64,000 bases of DNA. It comes from Perna viridis (taxonomy: Eukaryota). Position numbers and translations under genes: made by a program. The notes under the pieces were generated by a model. It had not been told where the DNA came from. It did not search any database and worked only from the letters and a program-made list of their open reading frames with translations. Positions 14,801-26,500 of this stretch are shown in pieces (the stretch's first letter is position 1; the number at the start of each line of letters is the position of its first letter). Location of the stretch: assembly GCA_037379345.1 (NCBI GenBank), contig CM074522.1, positions 3,906,001 to 3,970,000 of the forward strand. Reading direction: 5' to 3'.

Positions 14801-17800
14801 GTATAGTTCACCAAAGTAAAATGAAAGAAAAATGTAATTTAATTATCAGTCCAATTTCGCTTATGTCTAATACAAAATTTAACTAAATTAGTTTAGTATT
14901 TCTCTATGGTGATCTTGCGTGCTCTTTTCGATTTCGGCTGGTTGATTGCTATATTCTCTCAAGAATTGTGCCTATTGAGAAGGTTCGGCTGGTTGATTGC
15001 TATATTCTCTCATGAATTGTTCCTATTGAGAAGGTTCGGCTTGTTGATTGCTATATTCTCTCATGAATTGTTCCTATTGAGAAGGTTCGGCTTGTTGATT
15101 GCTATATTCTCTCATGAATTGTTCCTATTGAGAAGGTTCGGCTTGTTGATTGCTATATTCTCTCATGAGTTGTTCCTATTGAGAAGGTTTTAAACTTCCA
15201 GCAATTGCACTTTATTCATACATGTCATGATTAGAGACAAAAAATTACGTCATGACTCCTTTATCAGATGGCCGGTTTAGGAGTTAATTACATCGTTGAG
15301 TTTAATTGAAATTTTGCTGATTGTATACGTCGCACTAGAAACAAATTTTGATAAAATATTTTGTTCTTTTGTTTGAAGGTTAAGTATGTTAACTTTTGTA
15401 TTTCTTACTAAGAGAGGAACGGTAATTCGTTACAACCATATCCATCATAATCTCCAGTATTACTACGGGGCAGATGTCCGAGGGGTGATGTTAGATGACC
15501 AATATTCTAGTGTGTTAGTGGAGAAAAACGTCTTCTATGACGTAAGTTTGTTAAATATGATTATTGCTATTTTGTTTAAAATCCCTTTGATCTTGCTATA
15601 CGATACTTTTCCAGCTCATGCCAGTCGAGTGAGAATGAAAGTTATTGCTAGTTTCTATGACCTCGCATGACATACAAGCAACAGCGTAGAAATATTTGAC
15701 GACCCAAAATGACCGTCTCTTTGTTTACTGCGTATGAAATAATGGCTAAGTTTTGGCAATATTGTTTATTCTACAATGGAAAATGATTAAATACAGTAAC
15801 TTACTCGATTACAATGAATATATCTCAAAATTATTCCACAAACTTTAAACGCGACCTTCATAGTTAACCGATTTGTTTTTTTTCAAATGTGTATCACAGC
15901 TGCACAACAAACGTGACATCACGTAGCACGTCGCCGAGAAATAGTATCGAAAGGAAATTTTGCAGCCTTATAAAACTTACATATTTTGGTCAGGACTATT
16001 GAAAATAAAAGAAAACAGCGATAAACAGATTATAAAATATTTTTTCAACTCGCGGCAAAGTCGCTCGACGAGATGAGCATGAGATATTCCCTCTCGTTGA
16101 AAAAATATTAAATAATCTAATATTATCACATTATAAGTAACCATGTCTATACAGCAAATTTGAAATAAAAAACACAACACAACAAGTAATTATCAGTTGC
16201 TTTTGGATTTTGAACTAGCTTTAAGAAAAAAACGAGTACTCTTTCGAGACAAATTTAAAGCTTGTTGTCTTTTATTCTATTTGCGCTTGTATTCAGTATC
16301 AATCTCAAGAGTTCAATCCGAACTCAACCGATCTTTATAGTAAGTTTTATTGTTGTATTTTCTCATTACTGTCCCAAGTTTAAGGGGGTTGAGCATTCAC
16401 AAATATGTTTAACCGCGCCGCATACGTTGTGTTCCTGTGCTAAGCCAGGGAACTCTATAATCCATTGGTTGTTTTTTTATGTTCATTGTTGTTCGTTTAT
16501 ATTTACGTTTTTTTTCTGTAAATTAGTTTGAGTTTCGTTTTTTATTGATATTTTTACTTCATTTATTTTGAGGTCTTTTACATCTTGCTTTATGGTATGG
16601 GTTTTGCCCATCATTGAAGACCGTGTGGTGACCTGTAGAAGTTTAATTGTTTGGTTTTGGAAGTTGATTGTCTCATTGACAATTATACCACATCTTCTAT
16701 TTTTATAAGGTTAACAATGTCATCACTGTATCAATTTGAAAAAAAAATCCATGTTGCAGTTTGTTATACTTTCGTTTTGTTTTCATATGTTTAGTTGTTA
16801 ATAATTTCTTCTTGGCATTGTCTTTCTTTTTTCTTAATTATAAATTGCTTGTTTTAGCCCTTTAAATGTATTAATAGTCCTTCATAAATAGCTGTACAAT
16901 ACAGCAGTACGACAGTCCAGTTATTAGAACGTGCATTATATGGTTCAATATCAAATAAATCGTGTTTGTGCATGACAACCATAAAGCCTATATTTATTTC
17001 AGAATGCTGGACATCTGAACATTGGTGGAGGGAGAGACAACATAGTACGAAACAATGTCTTCTTCAATTCAACAAAATTTTCCATCCAAGTGGATGCCAG
17101 AGGCTCAGCTCATAGAAACGATCGATCATTAATGAACATTTTAAATGTAAGACCAAAATATGTATAATGATTAAATCAGTTTAAATTGTTTCCTGAGAAG
17201 ATCTGTTACATATACAATGTACATTTGTTTTACGTGTACAAAAACTACAGTTTTTAGTAGGAATTTCCTATCGGGCTTATAAGTTGGAATTGAGTTTGCA
17301 GGCGTCATTTACAGAAACAGTAAGAACGGGTTAAATATGATATTAATTTGTTCTCACATGTTGCAACGGGAATAAAATGCATTTACTTGGTGGATATTTT
17401 TTTGCAATTGTGTGGTAGACTTATTGCATATTCTAGATAGAGTGAAAAAAGTAAAATAGTCGAGCTGCCATATTGTTCGAGGATTATAAATTAACCAAAT
17501 GGTTTAAAACAAATGTTGGACCTGTTTGTGATAATTGAACCAAAGCTTGACCATAATTAAAATAATAGTAAATAAGCCTATTATGTTGATTTGTTTTAAT
17601 GTACCTTCATATTTTACAGCGTTTACCGTACAAAAATAAACTCTGGGCTTCAAAATTTCCTAAACTTGTGAATATCTTAAATGAACACCCAGAAGAACCA
17701 AAAGGTATGTACATATCATTGTGTTATATTTACAAAAGACACAATCATTCCTAACAAGAATTCAAGACAAACAAGATGATTGTTAATTACACTAACAAGG

Positions 17801-19955
17801 TCATGAAAAATACTTAAAAAGTCTTCTTTTGCCTTTGTTTTATTTTAAAAAGAAGTCAGGAAATTTATTTTATTTTTTTCACTTAAAAATTGTGACTTTC
17901 GTATTGCTGTATTTTCATAGCATTAGTTGAGCATGTGTTTTTTTATAAACTTCAAATCACCCCAATTAAAGCAAAGTTTTATAAACTATTTCAAACGTCT
18001 ACAGCAACAATTTGCACTTGATTTTAGATACTCATTAAAGAAAAAGGTGCTTTAAGGGCTCTATAATCGACCTAAAATGAACTGAAAATAAACTGTGAAA
18101 AGTGTTAATTACGAATTTGGAGACTTGAACCCATAACAACCAAGAGACTTCCTAAAATTTTCGTAATAATAGACCTGTTTGATGTTCACGACAATTCAGA
18201 TATTCAGTTCACTTGGCACTTTTTTCTCTTTCTTGTAATATTCCTGGCAATGAACTTGTGTCCTCAACCTAAGGAACAACTTCATATTTAGTGGAAACTT
18301 TCATAATTTCATGGTTTCATATGTAAAAATATACAAACGTTTCTTGAGTGTGGACTCAGTTTTCTTCACGTAAATTATTCCCAGTGACAGTAAGTGCTTA
18401 AGCCGCAAAACATTTGTTTTCCGAATATTTATTTATTATACTGTCTTTTAAATCATTTCATTTTATTACAACAAAGCTTGTATTTTCGGTCCATATTCAC
18501 ATCCTAATGCCCCTACACCTTTGTTAGATTAACAGGCTATTTTTTTCAATATCAATACAGGGAACCAAATTTACAACAACATATTCTACAACTCTGGTTC
18601 TCAGTATGTTGTCAAATGGGATCCACATAAACCAGAATGGTTCGACGTGCATACAAACATTATTGTATGTATAATTCTTATTTCCCAATACAACTTGACC
18701 GTAGGAGGACAACTAGCTCGTCCATCTGTATCATTGAAACGATTTTTTTTTCGTTCAAACTTGAATGACAATAATCGTGTAGGTAGCCATGCCTTGATTT
18801 GCTGTTCATTTCCATTAAATTTCTCCCCAACTGTATCCAATTACTACACATATCATTCAATATTATACTTTTTTGTACGTGATGCTACATTGTATGTCTA
18901 AACGGTAGTCAGTCATTTGTATTGCACAATATAATTTTTCTGTTTTACTTAAGTGACGAATTAACCAGATATGCAACTGGAGGGAACCCATTGTTTGGTC
19001 ATAATGCAAATATTTTTGTTATTTTTATATGATCTGACATGAGTTAAAATTCTGATGTCAGACCATTTAAACCAGTTAAATTACCTATGCTCTTACACAG
19101 TAAACTTTACCTTACCTCCTCAACAAAACACAGTCCCGAACAGAATGTTGACCTTAGGTGAAGTGTTAACCAAGTATTTATTGCATTATGAAAACGGAAT
19201 TACTGAATTATGTAAGTTCTGTTTTGAAGGCAAATACGACAAAAGATTTTTTCTACCCGAAACTTCCTTTTGCCGACTTCAGACCAAGATGTCACTTGTC
19301 ATCATTTGTCAAAAGTAATAACTTTAATGTACCGATTCTACCGAGTCAAATTGGGCCACGATATCATGTTGGACCTCTATTTGTAAGTAAGTATTTTCAG
19401 AATATACAGTCACGTGTCTCGTGGTATTCAATTGATGCAGCATTGGTTTACAGTTGTTATAGCAACAGAAAAAAAACTCGCTCAGCTATAAAGTGTAGTT
19501 TTCAAAGGAGTAAAATCTACTTTTTATATTTAATAATTAGTTTGGATATTATTAAGGTCCTAAATTATCGCACGTCATATTTCAATCTAAGAATTTAAGA
19601 GGAATTAAATTGTACCTTGTCATTTTTATGTTTCCTAAAGCCAAGTTATGTAGTTTGAGGCAGAACATTTAAAATTTTGATATCGAAAAGGGTATTATAC
19701 ATTGGCGTAGTGTACAATACAGAACCGAATAACTTACATTTCAAGCATTGGTGCTTGTTTTAATTGTAAACACTTCTCATATATTTCCATTTATGATTAA
19801 AAACTAATTTTCTGATTTGCAAAAGTAACATGAAAACAAAACAAATATGAAAAATAAACAAATATGCAGTAAATTTATTTACTTTTATAGCTCCAAAACC
19901 ATCGTGGCTTATTGGTGGGAATAATGAAAAGCAGCCAGCTCCAGACATTTGCTAA
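5635..19955 (+). CDS. Secreted right-handed parallel beta-helix protein of bacterial type (GH141-like / pectin-lyase fold), 19 exons, ~706 aa
   Basis: Exons 5635-5756, 6204-6280, 6644-6762, 7916-8005, 8573-8713, 9243-9361, 9877-9977, 10756-10820, 11978-12093, 12551-12675, 13513-13605, 14124-14296, 14674-14769, 15413-15541, 17003-17146, 17620-17704, 18561-18664, 19230-19386, 19891-19955. All are GT-AG, phases match, total 2121 nt with no internal stop. Motifs: IYVSPSGSDS..G..PLKTL, TGG, LSRWPN, WVYGYWYQSWAD, LDEIDEPGEYFID, GGDRPTL, DCGAIHSGRDWT, GTVIRYNHIH, GVMLDD, IGGGRDNIVRNNVF, DARG. AATAAA overlaps the stop. The start codon and the last exon are the least certain parts. Confidence 0.85.
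8834..8863 (+). repeat. (CA)n microsatellite
   Basis: Direct reading. Confidence 0.9.
10845..11720 (+). mobile_element. Helentron-associated (HINE/DINE-like) element with ~300-bp internal repeats
   Basis: Head TTATTAGCTCACCTG..TGAGCTATTGCCATCACTTGGCGTCCGTCGTCGT. Internal units begin (T)AGAACCA(A/G)A..TGAAT.TTCCT at about 10946, 11244 and 11551. Similar older elements at about 2238-2640 and 21355-21720. Confidence 0.55.
12781..13188 (-). mobile_element. Family A element, 5'-truncated, in an intron of the beta-helix gene
   Basis: Near-identical to the other copies from the (CAAA)n tail to CCCAGTTGCTCTGTG; the head is missing. Confidence 0.85.
14933..15190 (+). repeat. Intronic minisatellite, 51-bp unit, about 5 copies
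   Basis: Unit TTCGGCT(G/T)GTTGATTGCTATATTCTCTCATGAATTGTTCCTATTGAGAAGG. Confidence 0.9.
16290..16707 (+). mobile_element. Family C repeat with a degenerate twister-like module (about 16380-16456) and 3' tail
   Basis: GGGGGTTGAGCATTCACAAATATGTTTAACCGCGCC..TTCCTGTGCTAAGCCAGG, then the tail ..TTGTCTCATTGACAATTATACCACATCTTCT. Related pieces at about 26150-26600(-), 24375-24560(-), 38915-39050(-) and 49620-49680(+). Confidence 0.65.
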
Positions 19956-22802
19956 TAAACAATTTTCAAGTATATTTAATCAATATTAGCTTAATATTAT
20001 TTTACGTGTAAAAAAGCATTCAATTTGAAAGGACAAAAATGAAAAAAAAAAACATACCTTAATACCTTAAAGAAAGAAAAAAACGCTCTGAATAAGTAAT
20101 TGAAGTTGAATTAGAACAATGACTCAGGAGTCCTTCCGTAATTACATAAAAGCACCAGGATATATAATTGTATTCCATAACAAATATTCAACTTGTTGGG
20201 GCGTTATCACATATCAATGCTACTCAACAGTGATAGTTGAAGGTTTCAAGTATTGGCAAAACAGATGAACACGAAGCAATGCAAGACAAAAAAAAAAACG
20301 AACAAACAAAACAAAACAAAACATTACCATAATCAACATATCAATGACCTTCAAATTTGCTAAAATAATGACAGTATCGCTCAATAGACGTCATTAAACA
20401 ACTGTAAACGTTTCAGATTTTGTATCCCTGGTGGTAATTAAGAAACAATGTTAATCTGTGGGAGTTTTAACTCCCCATCACAACTTGACGGAATAAAACT
20501 GTAACGTCTTTATCTAACAGTCGTCCGTCTTAGTAACTGTGGCCACAAGTTTAAAACCGCTTCCCGTAATAATTTGCGTTGACAGGACTTATTGATATAT
20601 ATCAATATACATATTGCTTCGCCATTATTACCCGACAAACTTTGAGGACGTTATTGGACTTTTTTTTCACATGTATAAATCAGAATTGACGTACTTGGCG
20701 CATATGTTTAAAACTGTTTTTCTTATTCCTTTATAACTAGTAGGATATATTGAAATAAATTATAAAGTTGCATACCTTACTTTCTGCATTCTGACATCTC
20801 CGAGACGTGCGAACTGTCAATTCCTCTTCAATGGCAATAGACTATATACCTCTTCATTATTTACTAGTAAGACCTTTAATCCTATACAATGTGAATTGAG
20901 AAGTAAAACAAAGAAGACTTCCAACTAAAATTAATAAATTTAAATGAATATAAACGTACCAATATTGCCTGGAAACAAAGACCATACATAGAAAACAGAC
21001 ACACACAACAAAGAACATAAAATAACCAAAATAATACAAAGTAACAGAAGTAAATGAGCAACTCTGACTCTACTAATAACTGAGAGCATGGACCTGGTGC
21101 AATGGTAGGACAACCAGAACCCTGACATATTTATTTGTATGTGTAGATACACAGAGGTATTTTTAAACACCAGAAAATTTGATTTAATTGGATTTGGCAT
21201 AGAAGAAAACGATTACAAAACAAATAAAACAACAACAACACAGCAACGACAGTGATTCCATGCTAATATCACCCTTTAAACGCCATTAAACAACTTAGAA
21301 CGATGCACATGTTTGTTTGTTTTGTAATATTTAATTGCATTGTTATTTGAAAATTTTTAATTCCCCATCGAAATGCGACTATGTGAAATATCAATTGTCT
21401 ATATCCGTCCATCTGTCACAGTAGCTCTAGTGTCGCAACTCTATTACAGCGTGTTCGACTACTTCCATATTTGGTAGTACTTATTGATACAAGTGTTCAC
21501 ATTGTTACGCCATTTCGATTCGACAAATTTTTAAGCAGTTCTTGGATTTTTCAATATTTCTAAATCGAAGAGGACCCTTTCTACGCACATCATTTGAATA
21601 TTTGTCGTATTCCTTCAATATGTAGTAGAATTTAAGATGGTAGTTTGCAAATAAAGTCGCTAATTAAATTCAATTTTTATTTGTCAGACTTCTCTCATTT
21701 TTCATCATGATTAACATTGGGGATTCTTCTCCTCTGATTTATTCTTCTATTTTCAATGTAGTAGGATGTATTGTATTATTTAGTGTAAATTTGTGTACTG
21801 TGACAATGTTTTACACAGTTAAAAGAAATGTTTAGGTATCTCAATAAAAGAACACTTGGGTGCATATCCTCTACAACCGTATCCTGTATAATAATATGCA
21901 TTCATATATGAAGACATGCAAAATCTGCCGCCATTTGGGTCATTAGATTTTGTTAGTCATGTGATATTGGCGCATTCTAATGTTTTTACATTTTTACTTT
22001 CTTTCTTTCGGAACTGCGTTACAATTTACTTCTTTAGGATTTATTCATATACATATACATACTTTTTTTTGTCATTGTGTATTTATAAATTCATCACTTA
22101 ATAGAACACGGAGGACATCTTGGAGGATTGATTGATAGATTGTGGTTTAAAGTCCCAGATATTTCATGCGTTTTAGATCGAGAACGTTTGTATCGAACAG
22201 ATCATGCTTTGTTATAGTTCGATACAGTAAAGTGCATCTTATTGTACCAGCTCACAGAAGCAACCCTCCGCAGTTAAGCATGTCACCCACCTCTAAAATA
22301 TTAGTCTTATCAGTGCTTGGTGGAGAAACATTACTACGAGATCGATATTAAAGTCTTATTATAAGCGTTATTATTATTGCATCTGTATGGTAGTTAACGA
22401 TTGTAAGGTTGAATATCGAAAATCGAACATTTACCCCTATACTTATTAACAACTCTTTAAGTTTTTGATCTGGTATACAATCAGTAACTTTTGAAACAAA
22501 ATACCAGTGTAACAAACAATTTTGTGATATTCTTCACCTTGGCTTCAAGAAAACAAAGGTAACGGTCAGTGAAAGCTGAAAAACGGTAACTAGGTGCGAT
22601 CGTAACGTCAAAATGGCGCGATATTGATCATTATCGTTGCTGCAGTGGTCGTCATGAGCTTCATAGATGTTATAATCCAACGAGAACCAATTTATTTCTT
22701 TTCAATCACATTTGTTTTTCGTAATGTAGTTATGTTACGTTGGTATAGTGTTTCGACATTAAATATTTTTTTCAAGAAAAGTTATTATTGACGGAGAATC
22801 GT

Positions 22803-23176
22803 CGATTGATTGATTGATTGATTGATTGTTGGGTTTTAACGCCCGAGCAGCAATATTTCAGCTATATTCAGGCGGTGAACATGAAATGGATGATAAAATG
22901 AACATGAAATGATGATGATGATGAAATGGAAAAAAAGGATGGGACACAAGGATAATAGGGTTGACAAATTATGATTGCCACTAGAAAAAGGGACGGATGG
23001 GTAGGGTCGGGCAATGTAGCCTCCTGTGGTGGAACGAAAAGCTTCCTACTATCGAATACCACAGCAGAGTTCTTTAACGTGCGAGGAACGTGGCATCTTT
23101 CCCAACACGGTGCACCACTATGGTTTGCGGTTAGGTTTTCCATATTATAGCCTGACAACCCCAGCATGTAGCACGC
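22803..23176 (-). mobile_element. Family A element, 5'-truncated
   Basis: (CAAT)n tail and body homologous to the other copies; possible short TSD GTCGA. Confidence 0.85.
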
Positions 23177-23501
23177 ATGTCGACATACATGTATTGTGAT
23201 ATCACGAGTAAGCGTATTAGTCTGTCCAATATGAACTTTATAAATAGTAATTTAATAATGTGATACTGAGAACTACTGAATCACATGGCAAGGGGTTCTA
23301 GTCTTTGCGATTTTCTGAATAAACAAAATAGACTATAGAAGTAGTTTCCTATGTGTTGTTATTTGTTCTACTTCATATATTATTACTATCCTACAAGCCG
23401 ATGTTGTTACAGGCAATGTGTATATTAATGTACTGTGATAAATTAACTTCTTGTCTGCAACAGAATACGCATTCAAAACTTTGAACTATTCGTATTGACC
23501 T

Positions 23502-23508
23502 TATAAAT
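23502..23508 (+). promoter_or_regulatory. TATA box of the C1q-domain gene
   Basis: TATAAAT about 45 nt upstream of the ATG at 23553. Confidence 0.5.
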
Positions 23509-23552
23509 TATCTTATCTTCATTACAAATACTTATGTATTCGTGATTTCAAA

Positions 23553-26500
23553 ATGGCTTGGCGAGTTTTGTTAGTATTTGGTTTTACATTTCTAGTTTCT
23601 GCAGAAACACAGCAGGATGTATTTCGTAGACTAGGTAACAGTATCTTTCAATACAAAAATATCAGCGAAATGGTTTCAATGTTTAACAAAGCGATAAAAC
23701 AACCATAGCATAAAAGAAGAAGGAAAATTCAGAGGCATTAAGTAGCACTCCAGCTAAGAATCATGCAAAATGTGATTCATGGGTAAAAAGCCTACATATA
23801 TTTATGTTTGATATTTTGTTTGAATTGCCATAGTAAACAACAATTTTCATTCAGTTTTTCATATAACTCGTGTTCTTAGGAGATAAAAATTATATAGAAT
23901 GCACTGTAGATTTTAAAATTAAGGGAGATCAATCTGTAAATTACACTACAATAGAATATATTGGATTTTCAATGTTGATTATCTCCTAAGAGCAGGCAGA
24001 TTTGAATGAATTATTACACATATCATAGTATAGACCCATAAAACAACTTAATTACAAAAATAAAAATATATAGCCTTTTTTGGGGTGTATCACATTTTTC
24101 AGAATTGGCATGATTTTTACAGAGACAGCTACTTAAAAGACAAGTGTATGGCCAAAATGTGAAAACAGGAAACACGTGTTTATATGTTAATAGCAGGCAC
24201 AGTTATGATAATCTGAATAGGTTGTTTCAGTTATGAAAATCGATAGGTTTTTACATAGTATTTCCATATCGCCCTTGATATGGTCATGTCTGTATCATCA
24301 CTATAAGTTATACCCAGACAAAACTTAAATGTTTCACAGTTTTAAGAATTCATTACTTCCCGTGTCAAAATATAACAAGAATAGGTATGGTGAATCTGTC
24401 AAAGAGACAACAACCCCATCTAGATGAAAACGTCAGCCCAAGGCCGGCAACCATTGGTCTTCAATGAACGACAAGGAAACCTTCACACCAGATAGTATAC
24501 AGCAACAGGACCCAAAACATCATAATATACAGGAACAGCGAATGATTTGCCCCTGTATACTTAAGTAACATAAAAATAAACTAAAGGGGAATGCTCACAA
24601 TTTGAAAAATAAACAATATAACAGTAAATATTTATTTTTTATTCTTATTTTTGAAATTTTCACATAATATTAGAATTATTGCATTTAGCAAAATGTACAC
24701 AGGGTAACAATATGTCAAACTGCCGAAATTTTGTGGTTGTTTAACTTGTTTTGAGAAGCCGAGGAAAATAATGTACTTTCAGTCATCAAAAATGGTAAGA
24801 ATTCCGGAAAAACCCTGTATCTTACCAATCTTACAGCTAATTGGATTAGTTTTCTATTTTTTTTATTTAAGGTTTTTTAAACAGCTTTATACAAATAATT
24901 CAAATACATCAATTATATAGCTTTTCATCGAATTTGGTCATTTCCCAAGAAAAAAATAAGTCTAAGCAGTCCGATTACTGAACCTCATTTTGGTTCAGTT
25001 TGTATTACTGATTAATTTTTTTTTTTCATAAGCTTTTTTAATACGTGAAATAAAAATATTTCTGGAGATGGGGAGACAGGGGGACCCAACTTTTATCCGT
25101 TACTCCTCATACACAAATTAATGGAATTCAATGAAACTTTCAAAAATCATGATACTATGCTCCTGTTGTGCATCTTTTCTATATTGATTAGGATCAAAAT
25201 CTCATATTTTAGTATGCCTGACCAGTTGAAATTGAAGCATTCAAATTATTGGCTAAAGTAAAATAAGAAAGAATAAACCCACTTCAACTTTTATCAGCAT
25301 GTAACTTTTGAATTTCGTATTGATTTAGATCAAAATCTCAAAAAAGGTGAACAATGGGAACATGTAATAAAGATTTTGAGGAAGTTTCGTTCAATTCCAT
25401 ACAGTGGTGTAGGAGGTTCAACGGGGAAAGAGAAAGGAGTATTTATGGCGTTCAAGGAAATTAGAGTAGTTAGTACTTGCTCTACGGAAGCGAATCAATT
25501 GTGAAATATATACACCATATGCAGGAGATGAAGGTATATTGTTGCACAGATAAGGAAAAAATATGATATTAAAATTAAAATGAGATTTCACTAGAAGTTA
25601 CAACTACTCGTCGAATGACACAAATCTCATTTGTGACCATTTTAAAATGACAGAAATTTCAAATTATCATATACTGAACACTGCTGATCAGAATTTTATG
25701 AACCTCGATATATATTCAACACAAATATCAAATGAACGTACCTAAAATTCACGTATCTCTGCTGTCGTTTTTACAATTAGCAGCCAACATGGTCGACAAC
25801 TCACAACATATTCATATGTAGGTACTTTAAACCGTATGGATCAATAATACGCTTACAAGTTGACGATTTGAACTTTTTTGTCTCTCATTTTCAAAATAGT
25901 CAGCTCTGCTGTATAGAAATCAGCACTGACTAGTTCAGTTAAAATATATCAGTATTTTTTGGTTTCTTGGTCAAAATTATGTAGTTTAATTGACAATATA
26001 TATATTTCAATTAATAACGTATGCGAATGGGAGGCGACTTCTACACATTTCAGAAACATAGATTGTAATAAAAGGATTTGCTTTTATGAAGTTTTATACC
26101 TTACACAGATACAAAATACATAAAAATATTAAAAGATTAATATTATAACGAGAATAGTTATGGTGTATATTTCAAAAAGATAACAACCCCACCGGGGGCT
26201 GAAAATTTCAACCCAAAGCCACCCATTGGTCGTGGAAATCTTTATATCACAGGGCAATTGGCCTCAAAATATTATACACAGGTACAGCGAAAGATTTCCC
26301 AATGTATAATCAAGTAACATAAAAGAATTAAGAACGGGTCAAAACGAAACAAGATATCCATAGGCCAGAAATTCCTGAACTGGGACAGGCGCGAAAAATG
26401 CGTGATCACAATCCTCCCCCTTTAAAATCTGGCCACTGTGGAAAACGTATTCCACAATTAAACACACCTAAAAACCAGTTCAAAAAGGTCTGAGTCCCTT

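Noticed and set aside
14906-15193. Repeat-protein ORF (LLRRFGLLIAIFSHELF)n or CRISPR-like array
   Set aside because: Head-to-tail 51-bp intronic minisatellite with no unique spacers, in eukaryotic context.
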